Part shown: positions 13,996 to 28,001 of the stretch, piece after piece
Layout of the letters: each line of letters opens with the position of its first letter
Position numbering within the stretch: position 1 is the first letter of the stretch
NCBI GenBank assembly: GCA_951406725.2
Contig: OX597819.1
Coordinates: 38,068,001-38,132,000 of the forward strand
Length of the DNA: 64,000 bases
Direction: 5' to 3'
DNA from: Octopus vulgaris
Lineage: Eukaryota
Notes under the pieces: model-generated
Told to the model about the DNA's origin: nothing
The model's database searches: none
Seen by the model: the letters and a program-made list of their open reading frames with translations, nothing else
Position numbers and translations under genes: made by a program

Positions 13996-14585
13996 TCTAA
14001 GAGATGGTCAAAGAGTTAGTGATGGTAAAAGCAACAGATAATTTAGAATTTAGAGGAATGAGAGGAAGAGTCTTTGCTGATATCCAGGTGAGAAATGACA
14101 GGGGAGTGGATACTACAAAGGTTGTATAATAAAAAGGGACTTATAGATAAAGGGAGATGAATTTGTCTTGGAGGTGAGTAGGATAGGCTACTATGAATTA
14201 GGAAGTGATATGTAGAGACAAAGTTTGACTGGAATCTATGAATGTTTGAAAAATGGAGGGAGAATTGTCCAGAAGATTCAGTGGTGTTTTGATTCTTAAA
14301 CAATTCTTGAGTTTTTTTTTCCATTTAGTTTAGTTTAGTTTGGTTTGGTTTGGTTTTCATTTGGTTTAATTAGGTGTGCATAAAGAAAGAGGTCACAACC
14401 CCTGAGTCGTCAATAACCACTATTTCAATCCTAGGTAGCTACCTAAATGTCACTGGTATTAGGCAGGCTTCCCTTGAATATGCTTGCTAGGGTACCATTC
14501 ATGAACCAATGCAAAATTATGCGCCAGCACTATGTGCAAAAATTGTGTTGGGTCATAGAAAACTTATAAAAATTAGTCAACTTAC

Positions 14586-14684
14586 AATATCAATTTTGTA
14601 TTCCTCAATTTTTTTATTTGCATCTTCCCATTCTTTGGCCACAGCATTTCTAAGTTCCAAAATGTCACATTCAGTTTGCACTAT
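14586..14684 (-). CDS. CCDC175: Exon 7 (IVQTECDILELRNAVAKEWEDANKKIEEYKIDI), phase 0 to 0
   Basis: Acceptor TCTTTTTTGTAG, donor GTAAGT, 99 nt, coiled-coil composition. Confidence 0.85.
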
Positions 14685-16405
14685 CTACAAAAAAGAAGAC
14701 ACAGTTCATATGTAGACAAATATACATAAATATATCTTATATAATTAATATAATATATATGCTACTTGTGAAGACCTGTTGAGGCAAGTGAAAATCGATC
14801 AACATCAATGGAAATTGTAGCTGTGATAACAGTGCTGGTGGCATGTAAGAGAACCATCCGAACGTGGCCGTTGCCAGCGCTGCTCCGACTGGCCTCCATG
14901 CCGGTGGCACATAAAAAGCACCATCCGATCGTGGCCATTTGCCAGCCTCGTCTGGCACGTAAAAAGCACCCACTACACTCACGGAGTGGTTGGCATTAGG
15001 AAGGGCATCCAGCTGTAGAAACACTGCCAGATCAGACTGGAGCTTGGTGCTGCCTCCTGGCTTCCCAGACCCCAGTTGAACCATCCAACCCATGCTAGCA
15101 TGGAAAGCAGACGTTAAACGATGATGATGATGATGATATGCATGTGTGTATTTTTATGGCCTCAAATATGAAATTAGAATTATACATCTTAAAATATCTT
15201 TCTAAAACTATATAATTATATGTTATTTAATATGTCAAAACATTATGTTTCATTTGAAATTATCAAAGAAGGTCAGTGGTTTCAAACCTATGCAGTGTAA
15301 TTCTGAAAGATCATCATAACAAAATCTGTTATTAGTGAAATGTATTTCCTAAACTGTTAAATGTTTATGAATAAATTATATTCTTACATTTGGAACAGGA
15401 CAGTGCAACTGCTACACACACAGACATCCTAAACCATATACAAAGAAAGACCACTTGGTTGATTGTCATGAAGTCATTTACCAATATATATTTCTTTATT
15501 ACCCATAAGGGGCTAAACACAGAGAGGACAAACAAGGATAGACAAAGGGATTAAGTCGATTACATCGATCCCAGTGTGGAAGTAGTACTTTATTTATCGA
15601 CCTTGAAAAGGATGAAAGGCAAAGTCGACCTCAGTGGAATTTGAACTCAGAATGTAACAACAGACAAAATACCTCTAAGCATTTCACCCGGCGTGCTAAC
15701 GTTTCTGCCAGCTCGCCGCCTTAATATACTTCAACTACTGATCCACAGATGTACAGTGTCTCTTCTTTTTGCCCTTTCCACTACTGCTACTGTATGTTCC
15801 TTGAAGCCAGCTTGTCTGGTCTGGCCTTCTGGTGTATCAACATAGCCATTACTAACTCACTTGTCTCTCCTTTTCTCACCACATATTTTATCCTGCTCCA
15901 CTTCCATCACACCCTACACTAATCACTATGTCTAGTTCTTCCTTCCAACAATATCAGCCATTTGGAATTTCTTTCTTGCACATGTTTAAGCAAAATGTTG
16001 GCAGCATCAGTCTCACCCACCTTGAGAAGATTTGCAAAGGCTATGTGCACCGTTGCTTCCATAGAAGGAGAAATGATCTTTGAAAAAGGTATACATATAA
16101 TAGCTACAACACAAATTTTCTGCAAACATAAACCTAGAAATATTTTCCAAGCAGTGCCCCTCATTGAAGTACATTTAAAAAAAAAAGGTTTTGGAGTATT
16201 AGTAATTTGCTAAAATAGATTAGTATAAGTAAAAAGTGTGTATGTGTGGGAGCTACTAATAATGATAGATATTGTTATATTTTAGTATATTTCCCTGATT
16301 GTCATTTTCAATGTGACAATTATAAAGTAATCCCACCAAATATTATGAAGAAATTATTATCTCCCTTGTCTGCTGTGGGACACCACATGAATTAGAAAAT
16401 GGTTA

Positions 16406-16917
16406 CCGTAAATCCTTGAGTATAATCTGCATTTTTTTCCCAAAATTTAAAGGTCAAAATCCCTAATGCATGCTATATATGCAGTTAAAAATGAAAAATA
16501 TTTTCTAAGCAATGTCCGAGTCTCTATTTGCTGTCTGGCAATGTTTATTCAGACGCATTTTGTGATGTCAGGCACGAAAATACCTTAAGCTAAGCCTGAA
16601 AGTAATGAAGTCATAAAAGAATCATCCATAACTTGCAGTAAGCAACATTTATTAAACGTTATTACTGTTATTTCTTTATTTTCTGCAAACAAAATGCACA
16701 AAAAAGCTACACGTTTGCATTATGTTATATATACAATAATAATAAAGGACATTACCATATATATTTTTCCAAACCAAGGACATTATATAGACCTCCTTGA
16801 CTCAAGTTAGAGAAGGGATGTGTATTATACACAAGGTTTAGGATTTTCATTGGTACAGCCCCCTAAAATTCCCCTGCGTATTATACTCAAGGGTAGACTG
16901 TACTCGAGGATTTATGG
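16406..16917. mobile_element. Tc1/mariner-pogo-type MITE
   Basis: TA|CCGTAAATCCTTGAGTATA ... TACTCGAGGATTTATGG|TA, with subterminal ATTATAC repeats. Confidence 0.75.
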
Positions 16918-17281
16918 TATACAATATAATTATACTTGCTAAGAAGGCAGTGGTTTGGTAGAATTGCTAGAGCGCTGGATAAAAAGCCTTGCTGCATTTC
17001 TTCAGGTTCACTACATTCTTTGTCCCACATCTTGATAAAATAAAATACCAGTCAAGTAAAGGGGTAGGTGGTTTTAACTAACACCCACCCCTTAAAATAA
17101 CTGGCCTTGTGCTTGAATTAAGAAAGAATTATATCCTAGTATATTTCCCTGATGGCCATGACAACCAGTATCTCAATGGGAATACTGAAAACAAGTAATT
17201 ATAAATGGCATAGTTAGGTTTATCTCTTTAATCATATTTTCATTAATAACTGTATTTAATGAGATCAACTGTCCATATTTC

Positions 17282-17331
<50 letters not shown>

Positions 17332-18719
17332 ATGCGTGCGTGTATGTATGTGAGTAAGGAATGTAGTGTGTCAAATAGATTCAGGATAAAACAGCAAAAT
17401 AAGAGAGAAAACAATGGCAAGAAAATTTCTGGCTTTTATTTATTTGTTGTTGTTGTTTAGCACCTGGTTAGCCCTGATTGAGTAGATCTATAATCAAAGG
17501 CCAAGACCATCCTGTTTTTCCAGTCATGACCATCCAAAGACAGGATGGCCATTCCAGCCATAACCTTCTTGCCGTTTTTCGAGATATAATATAAGTAGAA
17601 CCATATTATTTAATATGTCTTTTGGTTTTTTGGGGTTTTCTTTTTTGAAGATAGTGGGAAATGTAATAGAAGCGAAATTTGGCTGCTATTTCTAGCTTAC
17701 TGAGTGACCACATAGAAGTTGCTTCTTTGGTTTATTGTTTCTATTCTTTTTGTTTTTTTCATATTTATGTGTTACATTTGTCATTTTGTTTGTTTTTCTA
17801 TCTTTATAGAACATTATGGCTATTGTTTATCCAAATGATATATAGGAGCAAAATACACTCGGAAACAGACACATGCTCACACACACATACACACTCATGC
17901 ACAGACATTCACATATCTTTGTAATACAAACAATACACCGCAATTAGATCTATACCATTTATCAATGTTGAATATCATGGCCTGAATATGTCATCAATCC
18001 AAAATGAAGGGTCCTGATTCATTAATACGATATGAACACTTGATGAAGTAGACAAAACAGATTTCTTACTTTGCTTCTCATACTGACTATAATGGAACCA
18101 TTTATCAAAAGTAATTGTTTTATGTCGCATTGCAAGTGTAAGGATGGACTTGTACAAGGAAGTACATTGACGATGTATTTAGCTCTGCTATAAATTCAGA
18201 CATAACACCATCTCACTTTTTTTTTTATATAAATGTATAGTAATGAAGAATAATGCATGCAACACCTTAGCATATTGACAAAAAAAAAAGACAAACAAAT
18301 TCTTATATTTGCATGGTTATAATAAGTGTCCTCATAGGTACGAAATATTTGTAAGTTAAATTGCTTTTTGAACAAGGTTTTAAATTTCTCAGCATTTGAA
18401 GTAGACACAAAATCATGATAATGATGATGGTGATGATGATGATGACAACGACAATGATAATGATGATGACGATGAGGAAAACGATGACGAGGATGGCAGT
18501 GATGATGATGACGATGATGATAACGATGATGATCGCAAGGAATGACAAAGATGATGACAACAATGATGACGATGGTGATGAATATGATGACGATGATGAT
18601 GATGGTGATGATGATAACAGTGAGGATGATGGTGATGATGACAATGACAAACAAGGATTAGAAAAAATGCTTTAAGAATAGAAACAAACATTAGTTAATA
18701 GTGCTTATTTTAAAAGATT

Positions 18720-19940
18720 AGCAACCCAGGCCATAGAACAGTATGAGAGCAAATTCACCAACACGGGGAGAAATGGGTGGATAAGGTCATAGAGGTTGTC
18801 AGGGTATGTGATAGGGTGCTTAAGCTCAGGCTAGTCCTACAGAACAGCACAGCTACAATTATTTCCGCCTATGTCCCACATGCGGGGCTACCAAATGATC
18901 AGAAGGACCACTTTTATGATACGTAGGAGTTCACCAGGGTTCAGTCTTCAGCTCCCTTCTGTTTATTATAGTTCTTCAACTATAAAAGAGAAATTTAAGA
19001 CAGGCTGTCGGTATGAACTCCTATATACTGATGCTCTAGTTTTTATAGCTGAATCTATAGTAGAGATAGAGAAGAAATTCTAAATGTGGAAATAAAACCT
19101 AGAATTGAGAGGTCAGAAAGTAAACTTAGCAAAGACTAAAGTTTTAGAAAGTAGGGGAGAAGATAGGGTTCTGCAATTCTCAAGTAAATGGCAATGTTTT
19201 GTATGTAGAGAAATAGATAGGAATTTCATTTAGTGCACGTAAAAGAGGTGTAAGTGGGATCACAAGTAGGGTAATAAAGAAGGTAGGCTTCAAATGCAGC
19301 AGATGCACAGAGACAATAAGTATTAAGAGCTCAAAGAATATTAATTCTATCAAGTGGCCAGAAAAGCCCCCCAAAGTTGTTGATAGCTTTTGCTTACCTA
19401 GGTGACTAAATTAGCTGTGGAAATGGTTGTTTTGAAAGCATAGTAATCACTGTAAGAACGGGATCAAATAAGTTCAGGGAGTTGTGACCTCTGTTGACAA
19501 CAAAATATTTTTCTCTCAGAATGAATGGCAGATTGTATAATGTGAATATACGAAGCACTGTGCTGCATGACAGCAAAATGCAGAGGATTTGTGAAAATTA
19601 GAAAGAAACAAAGCAAGTATGTTTTTCAGGGTGCATAATATAAGTATGCATGAATGACAGAATATTCATGAGCTGAGAGAAAAAGTGAATATAAGAGGAA
19701 TAGGATGTAGAAAGCAAGAAAGAAGATTGTGCTGATATGAGCATTAGCGTATTTGAAGGTTGAGAACAGTATAAAATAAGTGGTACTTGCTTAAAGTAAA
19801 AGGAATCTGCGAAAGTGGGAGACTAAGAAAGAACTGAAACAATGTTATGAAAATTGATTTTGAAGATGTTTCATCTCATGAGGGAGATGACAAAGGACCA
19901 TGTTTATTGGAAATATGCAGTGCCGAAAAAGATCCATTTC
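18720..19940 (+). mobile_element. RTE-clade LINE reverse transcriptase relic
   Basis: Degenerate ELLYTDALVFIAES (YADD region) through to WKYAV at the ORF end, with many stops. Confidence 0.8.
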
Positions 19941-21292
19941 TAGAATATTCTGTGTAGCACTGTGAGTGTGCAGACTAAATCCATGATAATAACATTGACA
20001 ATGAGGTACTGAGACACTACTCATACAAAAGAGATTTTCTGCAAATCACCAGCAATGAATGAATCTCAAGTAAACAGGGCCAAGAAACATTACCATAGCA
20101 TTATGATTATCATGCAGTCATGTCATCATCCTCATCATCGTTTAACGTCTGCTTTCCATGATTTGACTGAGGACTGGCGAACCAGATGGCTTCACCAGGC
20201 TCCAATCTGATCTGGCAATGTTTCTACAGCTGGATGCCCTTCCTAACACCAACCACTCTGAGAGTGTAGTGGGTGCTTTTACGCACCACCAGCACGAGGG
20301 CCAGTCAGGCGGTACTTGCAACAGCCACGCTCAAATGGTGTTTTTTACGTGCCACCTGCATAGGAGCCAGTCCAGCGGCACTGGCAATGACCTCGCTTGA
20401 ATGTGGAAATATATATTTACTGCAATGTTATTACCTATTCAAATATGCCAGTGGCCCATTTGGACTTGTAAACAAGTCATTCACTGTGCTTTGTCATGGA
20501 GAAGATTTCTCACAGTAGACAAGTGGTGTAAATACACCTAAATCAGTTTGCAGTGTCACTCACTGAACAGTACCATGTCTGACCTTCAGTTTATTAATTT
20601 ATTGGCAAGAACAAAATAAACCAATCACATGAAGGCTTATGAACCCCATAAAATTTACAGTCCAAGCTAAGCAATATATCTCATGTGTACATGCCACAAA
20701 ACTTCTTTCAGTTGTTCTGAATTCTAAGCCTGCACCACATAATGCTATAGATTTATCTTTTATCTTTTCGTTTACTGGGGCACTACCTAGAAGAATTTTA
20801 GTCAAATTGACCATAGTACTTTTTTTAAAACCTGGTGATTGCTCTCTATTGTAGAGAGTAGTCACCATATTTCATTCCATAACAGCTACCTCTGATGAGT
20901 GCAGGGTTGCATAATCAGTCTGTTACTTAACACTCCGTTGAATCCCTAGCTCAAAACTGATTGGTGAGATCAGCCAGAATGGATTTATAATACCGTACAC
21001 TTTGATTAATATATCCACTCTGCTGACAGATATACGAGTGCATTTTTTCCTGACTTATGGACTCTTAGATGACTTACACACATATATACATACATACATA
21101 CATACATACATACATAGTCGCCATGATAGATTGTTAGCCACTACACACATTTCTTTCTCTCCTTGTTTTTTCTGTATCCCTTTCTGTAGGTCAAAACATA
21201 AGACTTTTTCTATTCCTGAGCACTATACTAATACATCTGTTTGTTTTGTACACCACCTGTCTTCGTCTTTTGTTTTTTTCGTAAACTCTCCC

Positions 21293-21326
<34 letters not shown>

Positions 21327-21335
<9 letters not shown>

Positions 21336-22959
21336 GGTAAATGAAAGATTGAAGATGGAATATACGAGAATTTTTATTGTTAATCACAACAATTGTTTTG
21401 ACACATCTAGCATCAATTCCTGTTTGGTGGAACACTCAACAACTGGCTCAGGAGCATCCAGTGGTGCAGATGTATCTTGTCGGGTGATAAATAAATATAA
21501 CTTGTTAAAATGACTGTTCTGCAATGTAAATTCCTGTTTTGTAGAAAGAAAAGCAGCCAGACAGAGGAAATATCTTCATTTATATAGCAGATCAAAAATA
21601 AAATCACAGATGGCAAAAAGAGAAACGAACACACAATCCAGCGAGAAAAGTATTAAAAATATGGATGCATAAACACCCTCAGACAAGCTGCATGGCATGA
21701 GTACACTATCTCATACAAGCACCCGCAAAAATGTGAGCATGTGCACATGTGAGGTTTGGTGCACTCGTGATCACAAAGCGAGTTAGCTACCTACTTGGTG
21801 TTTGTAAGAATGGGGAGGCTAAAAGTAAACTTAAGTCAGATATATCTTAAAGTAAATCAAATTATGTTAACGGAGATGTAAACCGCAATGATAAACACCA
21901 ATTATGACCAATTTGTAGTGGCAGAAATACTTACGATACAGCTAACACAGTAACAATGCTGTTAAATGGAGTCAGGACTGTCTCATATACAAATAATTAC
22001 GATAAATGCTCATGCAGAGAAAAATCAATATGTCCTTTGATAAATCTTTGCATGAGTACAAATCTTATATATAAATGTACCGTTCACACATGGGGAAGGC
22101 CGTACATTTATATTGAGCAGACTGTTGACTCATTTAAGAATCATTATTGTAACCATGTTGCTATATTAAGACAATCAATAAGAGACACTCAACATCTTTG
22201 GCAGAATGAAGTACAGCCTAAATTGGTCCATAGTAAGGTACATGAAACCATACAATATAATTTCCAGGAGATGCCATCTCTGCTCTGAGGAATCCCTGTC
22301 TATTCTGTGGACTAACAAGATCATTAACAGAATTTCTGAATGACTCTTGAGATGCCTACACACATATAAATGTATTTCGTACAATGCAGTGGGAATGAAT
22401 TTTGAGTAACCATTAACATAATTTAATTTACTTTAAGGTATGGATGACTTAAATTTACTTTGAACATCCTATTCTTACAAACACCAAGTAGATAGCTAAC
22501 TCACTTTATGATCATGTGTGCACCATACCTCATGTGTGCATATGCTCGCATTTTTGCGGATGCTTGTATGAGCGAGTGTACTCGTGCCATGCAGCTTGCC
22601 CGAGGGCATTTATACATCCATATTTGTTAACGGTTATTTTTAATACTTTTTCTCACTGGACTGTGTGTGTTCGGTTCTCTTTTTGCTATCTGTGGCTTTA
22701 TTTTCGATCTTCTATATAAATGAAGATATTTTCTCTGTCTGGCTGCTTTTCTTTCTACAAAACAGGAAGTTACATTTATTTTAATGAGTTGTTTTTATTT
22801 ATCAGCTGACAAGATACATCTGCATTGAAGATGCTCCTGAACCAGTTGTTGAGTGTCCCACCTGTGAGGAATCAATGCTAGATGTGTCAAAACAATTGTT
22901 ATGATTAATAATAAAGTCTCATATATTCCATCCTCTGTCTTTCATTTGCCATATACATA
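21327..22959 (+). mobile_element. 5'-truncated Penelope-like retroelement with inverted pseudo-LTRs
   Basis: About 545-bp inverted arms (21327-21872 / 22411-22959) around a GIY-YIG-type relic CSCREKSICPLINLCMSTNLIYKCTV...YIEQTVDSFKNHYCNH. Confidence 0.82.
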
Positions 22960-23030
22960 ACAATCACTGTGAAAGTGATCGCGCTTTACCACTAAGCTAC
23001 CAGGTGTAAATCATTCATTTTATTATCCAT

Positions 23031-23073
<43 letters not shown>

Positions 23074-23477
23074 GACTGTGTGGTAAGTAGCTTGCTTACC
23101 AACCATATGGTTCCGGGTTCAGTCCCACAGTGTGACACCTTGGGCAAGTGTCTTCTACTATAGACTCGGGCCAACCAAAGCCTTGTGTGTGGATTTGGTA
23201 GACAGAAACTGAAAGAAGCCCGTCGTATATGTATGTGTGCGTGTGTGCATGTGTGTGTGTATGTGTGTCTGTGTTTGTCTGTGTTTGTCCCCACAACATC
23301 GCTTGACAACTGATGCTGGTGTGTTTACGTACCCATAACCTAGCAGTTTGGCAAGAGAGACCGATAGAATAACTACTAGGCTTACAAAGAATAAGTCCTG
23401 GGGTCGATTTGCTTGACTAAAGGTGGTGCTCTAGCATTGCCACAGTCAAATGACTGAAACGAGTAAAAGAGTAAAGA

Positions 23478-23512
<35 letters not shown>

Positions 23513-23554
23513 TATATATATATATGCATATATATATATATGCATATATATATA

Positions 23555-23655
<101 letters not shown>

Positions 23656-23943
23656 TTCAAATTTACAGAAAACAAAAGATGAAGACAGGTGAGGGAACAA
23701 GAAACAGGTGTTGCTTGATGCTCAGGAAGAATGGAAAAGTTTTTGATGCTTTGAGCCTACGCACTTTGTCAGAAAGGATTGAGAGGGAAAAAAATAGAGA
23801 GAGAATGAAAACTAAAATTGAGAGAGAAGAAAAAAAAGTAACAATTAATAGTGACAGATGTAGTAGTATTAATACCAAAAGGTATTGTTTATCTCCCACT
23901 TAAAGTGAACATTGTGTTAGAACACAGAACACAACATCATTTG

Positions 23944-24241
23944 TGGAGGCACATGGCCTAGTGGTTAGAGCAGCGGACTCATGGTCAAGGGATCGCGGGT
24001 TCAAATCTCAGACTGGGCGATGTGTATGTTTATGAGCGAAACACCTAATCTCCACGCAGCTCTGGCAGAAGGTAATGGCGAAACTTCTGCTGACTCTTTC
24101 GCCACAACTTTCTCTCACTCTTTCCTCCTGCATCTTGCAGCTCACCTGCGACGGACTGGCGTCCCGTCCAGGTGGGGAGCCTATACGCCAAGAAACCGGG
24201 AAACCGACCCTTATGAGCCAGGCATTGCTCGAGAAGGAACA
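23944..24241 (+). mobile_element. SINE family C (tRNA-Arg-like head, octopus OR-type)
   Basis: A/B-box head. Copies at 33985-34282 and 43721-44018 (both minus) keep a TCG anticodon-like triplet. Confidence 0.85.
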
Positions 24242-24881
24242 TATTCATTCATAACTACATCATTTACTATGAGAGAACCTCTTGTATGAACTTATGGTGC
24301 ATAAAAGTACTCATGTTTATATAACTGGCAGTTGGTAACTGACCACTATGGCTGCTAGAAGGCTGAAATCATGTGATCTGGCAGTTCAGTTTCAGTAGCC
24401 ATAGCAGACAATCATTGACTGCCAACAATATAAACACAATTGCTTTTATACACTATAAGACTATATGAGATGTTCTTTCATGCTAAATAACACAATAATC
24501 TGTATACTAACACAACATCCACTTTAAGTGTGAGTTCAAATGTCACTAGGCTTGATTTTATCCTTCATCCTTTCGGGGTCAATAAAATGAGTATCAGTTG
24601 AACATTGGGGCCAGTGTAATTAACTGGCCCCCTCCCCAAAATTTCAAGTCTTCTGCCTTTAGTAGAAAGGATTATTATTATTATTATTACTATTATTGAG
24701 AGAGCAGTGCATGCCATCAAAGGGACACCAGGGTAAAATATACGAAACCCAGTATACCTATCATGACTACCTATCTGATAAGAGTACACCAGGTACATGC
24801 ATCACAAGCATATGTGCACAACATGGTGATCTCATATCAAGATAAACAGTGCATGACCTTGCAGGTGAGACCCAGTTAAAA

Positions 24882-24953
<72 letters not shown>

Positions 24954-25671
24954 CATTATTATTATTATTACTATTATTAGGCACATGGCTTAGTGGTTAA
25001 GGTGTTGCACTCACAATCATGAGATCGGGATTTAAGTTCCTAGACCAGGTGATGTGTTGTGTTCTTGAGCAAAATACTTCATCTCGCGTTCCTCTGTGAT
25101 CACTTCGACACCTGACCCATGGTGCACTGTGCACCTGTTCAGACAATGTCGACTTGAAGGAGAGAGTGAGCTAATGTGTGGCATGAACATTTGATTACTA
25201 AAAACAAATCATTTGTGCAGTTCATTTGGTAAAAGCTGAACATTCATATGTCATCTTCGACATGAGAGTTCCTCATCCTTATTTAGGAAGGCAGTGAGGT
25301 GGCAAAATTGTTAGTGCAATGGGTAAAATGCTTTGTGCCATTTTGTCCATCTTTACATTCTGAGTTCAAATTCCACTGAGGTCAACTTTGCCTTTCATCC
25401 TTTTGCAGGCGATTAATTAAGTACCTGTTATGCACTGGGGTCGATGTAATCAATTTATCCCCTCCCACCAAATTTCTGGCCTTGTGCCTATAGTAGAAAG
25501 GATTATTATTCAGGAAGACATAGGATGGAGTACTGAAGAATAACCTCAAGATGCTGAACCTTTCAGGCAAGATGATAAAGGACCAAAATGTCTGGCATCT
25601 TGGTATACTCAAGAAGACCTGTATTCTGCAGCAGTTAAGTGTTAAGTGTTAAGTGTTAAGACCAGTCCTTC

Positions 25672-25890
25672 TGGTGGTGTAAAGCACCTGGATGGTGCCA
25701 CATAAAAGCACCTGTGCAGTCCCACATAAAAGTGCCCATGCAAAGTCACATAAAAGCATGTGCACAGTGCCACATAAAAGCGCCAGTGTGGAGCCATGTA
25801 AAAGCACCTGTGTGGCACCATGTAAAAGCACCTGTGTGGCACCATGTAAAAGCGCTCATGTGACACCACATAAAAGTGCCTGTGCAGTGC
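25672..25890 (+). repeat. 24-bp minisatellite, about 9 units, inside an RTE-tail element
   Basis: Unit close to CCAYRTAAAAGCACCTGTGTGGCA. It explains the 8-aa periodic ORF 25692-25931. Confidence 0.8.
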
Positions 25891-26040
25891 CTTGTAAAGT
25901 GGCTGGTGTTAGGAAGGGTATCCAGCCATAGAAATCATGCCAAATGAGACTGGAGACAGATGCAGCTCCCCAGCTTGCCAGCTGTGGTCAAACTGTCAAA
26001 CCCATGCCAGCATGGAAAACGGATGGTAAATGATGATGAC

Positions 26041-26103
<63 letters not shown>

Positions 26104-26502
26104 AGACTGATACACAGACAAACAGACACACAGATATGATAAAATAGAAACCAAAAAGAACTGATTTTGATCTGCATCAGCAAGATGTGTTATTTAGTAA
26201 TAAAAAAATCAACAAAAAGTAAAAATAAAAAACTACAGTGAAATTTCTGTGGGAGTAGAAAAATCCAACATTCCAGATAGTCTTTCTTCAGGGAAAAGTT
26301 GACAGAAATGAAATTAAGGAGCTTCTTAATTTCCACTCCTGTCCATGAAGATTTTCCATTTCCTGTGTCGTGTTCATTATACACTTTTGTTGATTCTACT
26401 ATGTATCATAGCATAAAACAACATGAATGAGTAATGTAATGAAATAAAAATACAAATAATGTAATAGTAATATAATATAATGTATATAATATATATGACA
26501 TA

Positions 26503-26813
26503 TCACTGTGATCACCGTAATCGACCAGGCTATCAGATGTTGCTACACATCGATGGTCACAATGCACTTCGCATTGTTTTAGCCTTCAAATGACGCCACC
26601 CCACTGGCTAAGTGAGCAGGCCAACAGAAGAATGAGTGAGAGAATGTTGTGGTAAAAGAGTACAGCAGAGATCGCCACCACCCTCTGCCGGAGCCTCGTG
26701 GAGCTTTGGGTGTTTTCATTCAATAAACACTCACAACGCCTGGTCTGGGAATCGAAACCGCGATCCCATAACTGCGAGTCCGCTGTTCTAACCACTGGGT
26801 CATTGCACCTCCA
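26503..26813 (-). mobile_element. SINE family D (head shared with family C, different tail)
   Basis: The first ~180 bp align with family C. The 3' part is unrelated. Confidence 0.8.
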
Positions 26814-27349
26814 CTTATATGATATATATGATATAATATCATATATCCTGATATAAATATAATATATATGTCTGTGTGTGTATGTGTATGTCAGTGGTTG
26901 TTTAAATTGGTATAAATTGGTAAATTAAGTTACATCCCTTCACATCAAAATGCTAACTTAGCCATTCAATAAAATAAGTACTGGACTTAATATACAATTG
27001 ACTAATGATCCTTGAAAAGTACTTCTCCACTATGGCCATGGTCAAATCACTAAGACCAATAAAATAAAAGAATATATATACACATGTGTATGTGTGTGTG
27101 TGGTTTGGGGGGATGGTAGGTGCAGATATGAATGAACCAATGTAAATGCTCAGTCACTGAAACACTTGGTACTCTTCGGAGTATCTTTTGATCAGTCACT
27201 GTATATGACTTCACTTTAGTCTATATCATTGATTCCAAGAATATTTCTTTGGAGAAACCAGAAATATTGTTAGATTATATTTTGCAATATATTTCTTAGA
27301 TTTTTTTTTATCCTTTTCTTTTAGTTACAATTTCTGTTCTTAGTTATAC

Positions 27350-27832
<483 letters not shown>

Positions 27833-27946
27833 GAAATTATCTTGATTCCTATGTAGTTTTTTTTTTTTTACTTTTAATAATCACTAGCAGATCACAACAG
27901 AAGTAATTCCTACATGAACTATACAAAAGTTAAATACTACTTTTAC

Positions 27947-28001
27947 CTCTTGATTATGTAAACTGATTTTCTCTCTGGTTTCATTCAATGAGATCTGTAA
28001 C
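27947..28001 (-). CDS. CCDC175: Exon 6 (ELQISLNETREKISLHNQE), phase 2 to 0
   Basis: Acceptor TATCTAG, donor GAG|GTAAAA. Its 55 nt give exactly the length and phase needed between exons 5 and 7. LNET matches the recalled INET motif. Confidence 0.85.

Noticed and set aside
18070-18187. Minus-strand AG...GTAAGA segment open in phase 2 to 0 (alternative to exon 6, or a poison exon); a plus-strand YIDDVF RT-like motif in the same area
   Set aside because: The peptide has no coiled-coil character or similarity to exon 6. The RT motif spacing is wrong and interrupted by stops. Probably chance.
20599-20868. Overlapping 89-aa and 71-aa ORFs in unique intronic sequence
   Set aside because: No recognisable domain, and no splice signals in phase with the gene.
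23944-24020. tRNA-like sequences at SINE heads and at 13730-13805
   Set aside because: There is no complete acceptor stem, and they continue into repeat bodies. They are element-derived, not tRNA genes.
26190-26384. ORF with P-loop-like TGNGKS
   Set aside because: It lacks the first Gly of GxxxxGKS and the preceding hydrophobic strand, and there is no donor site.
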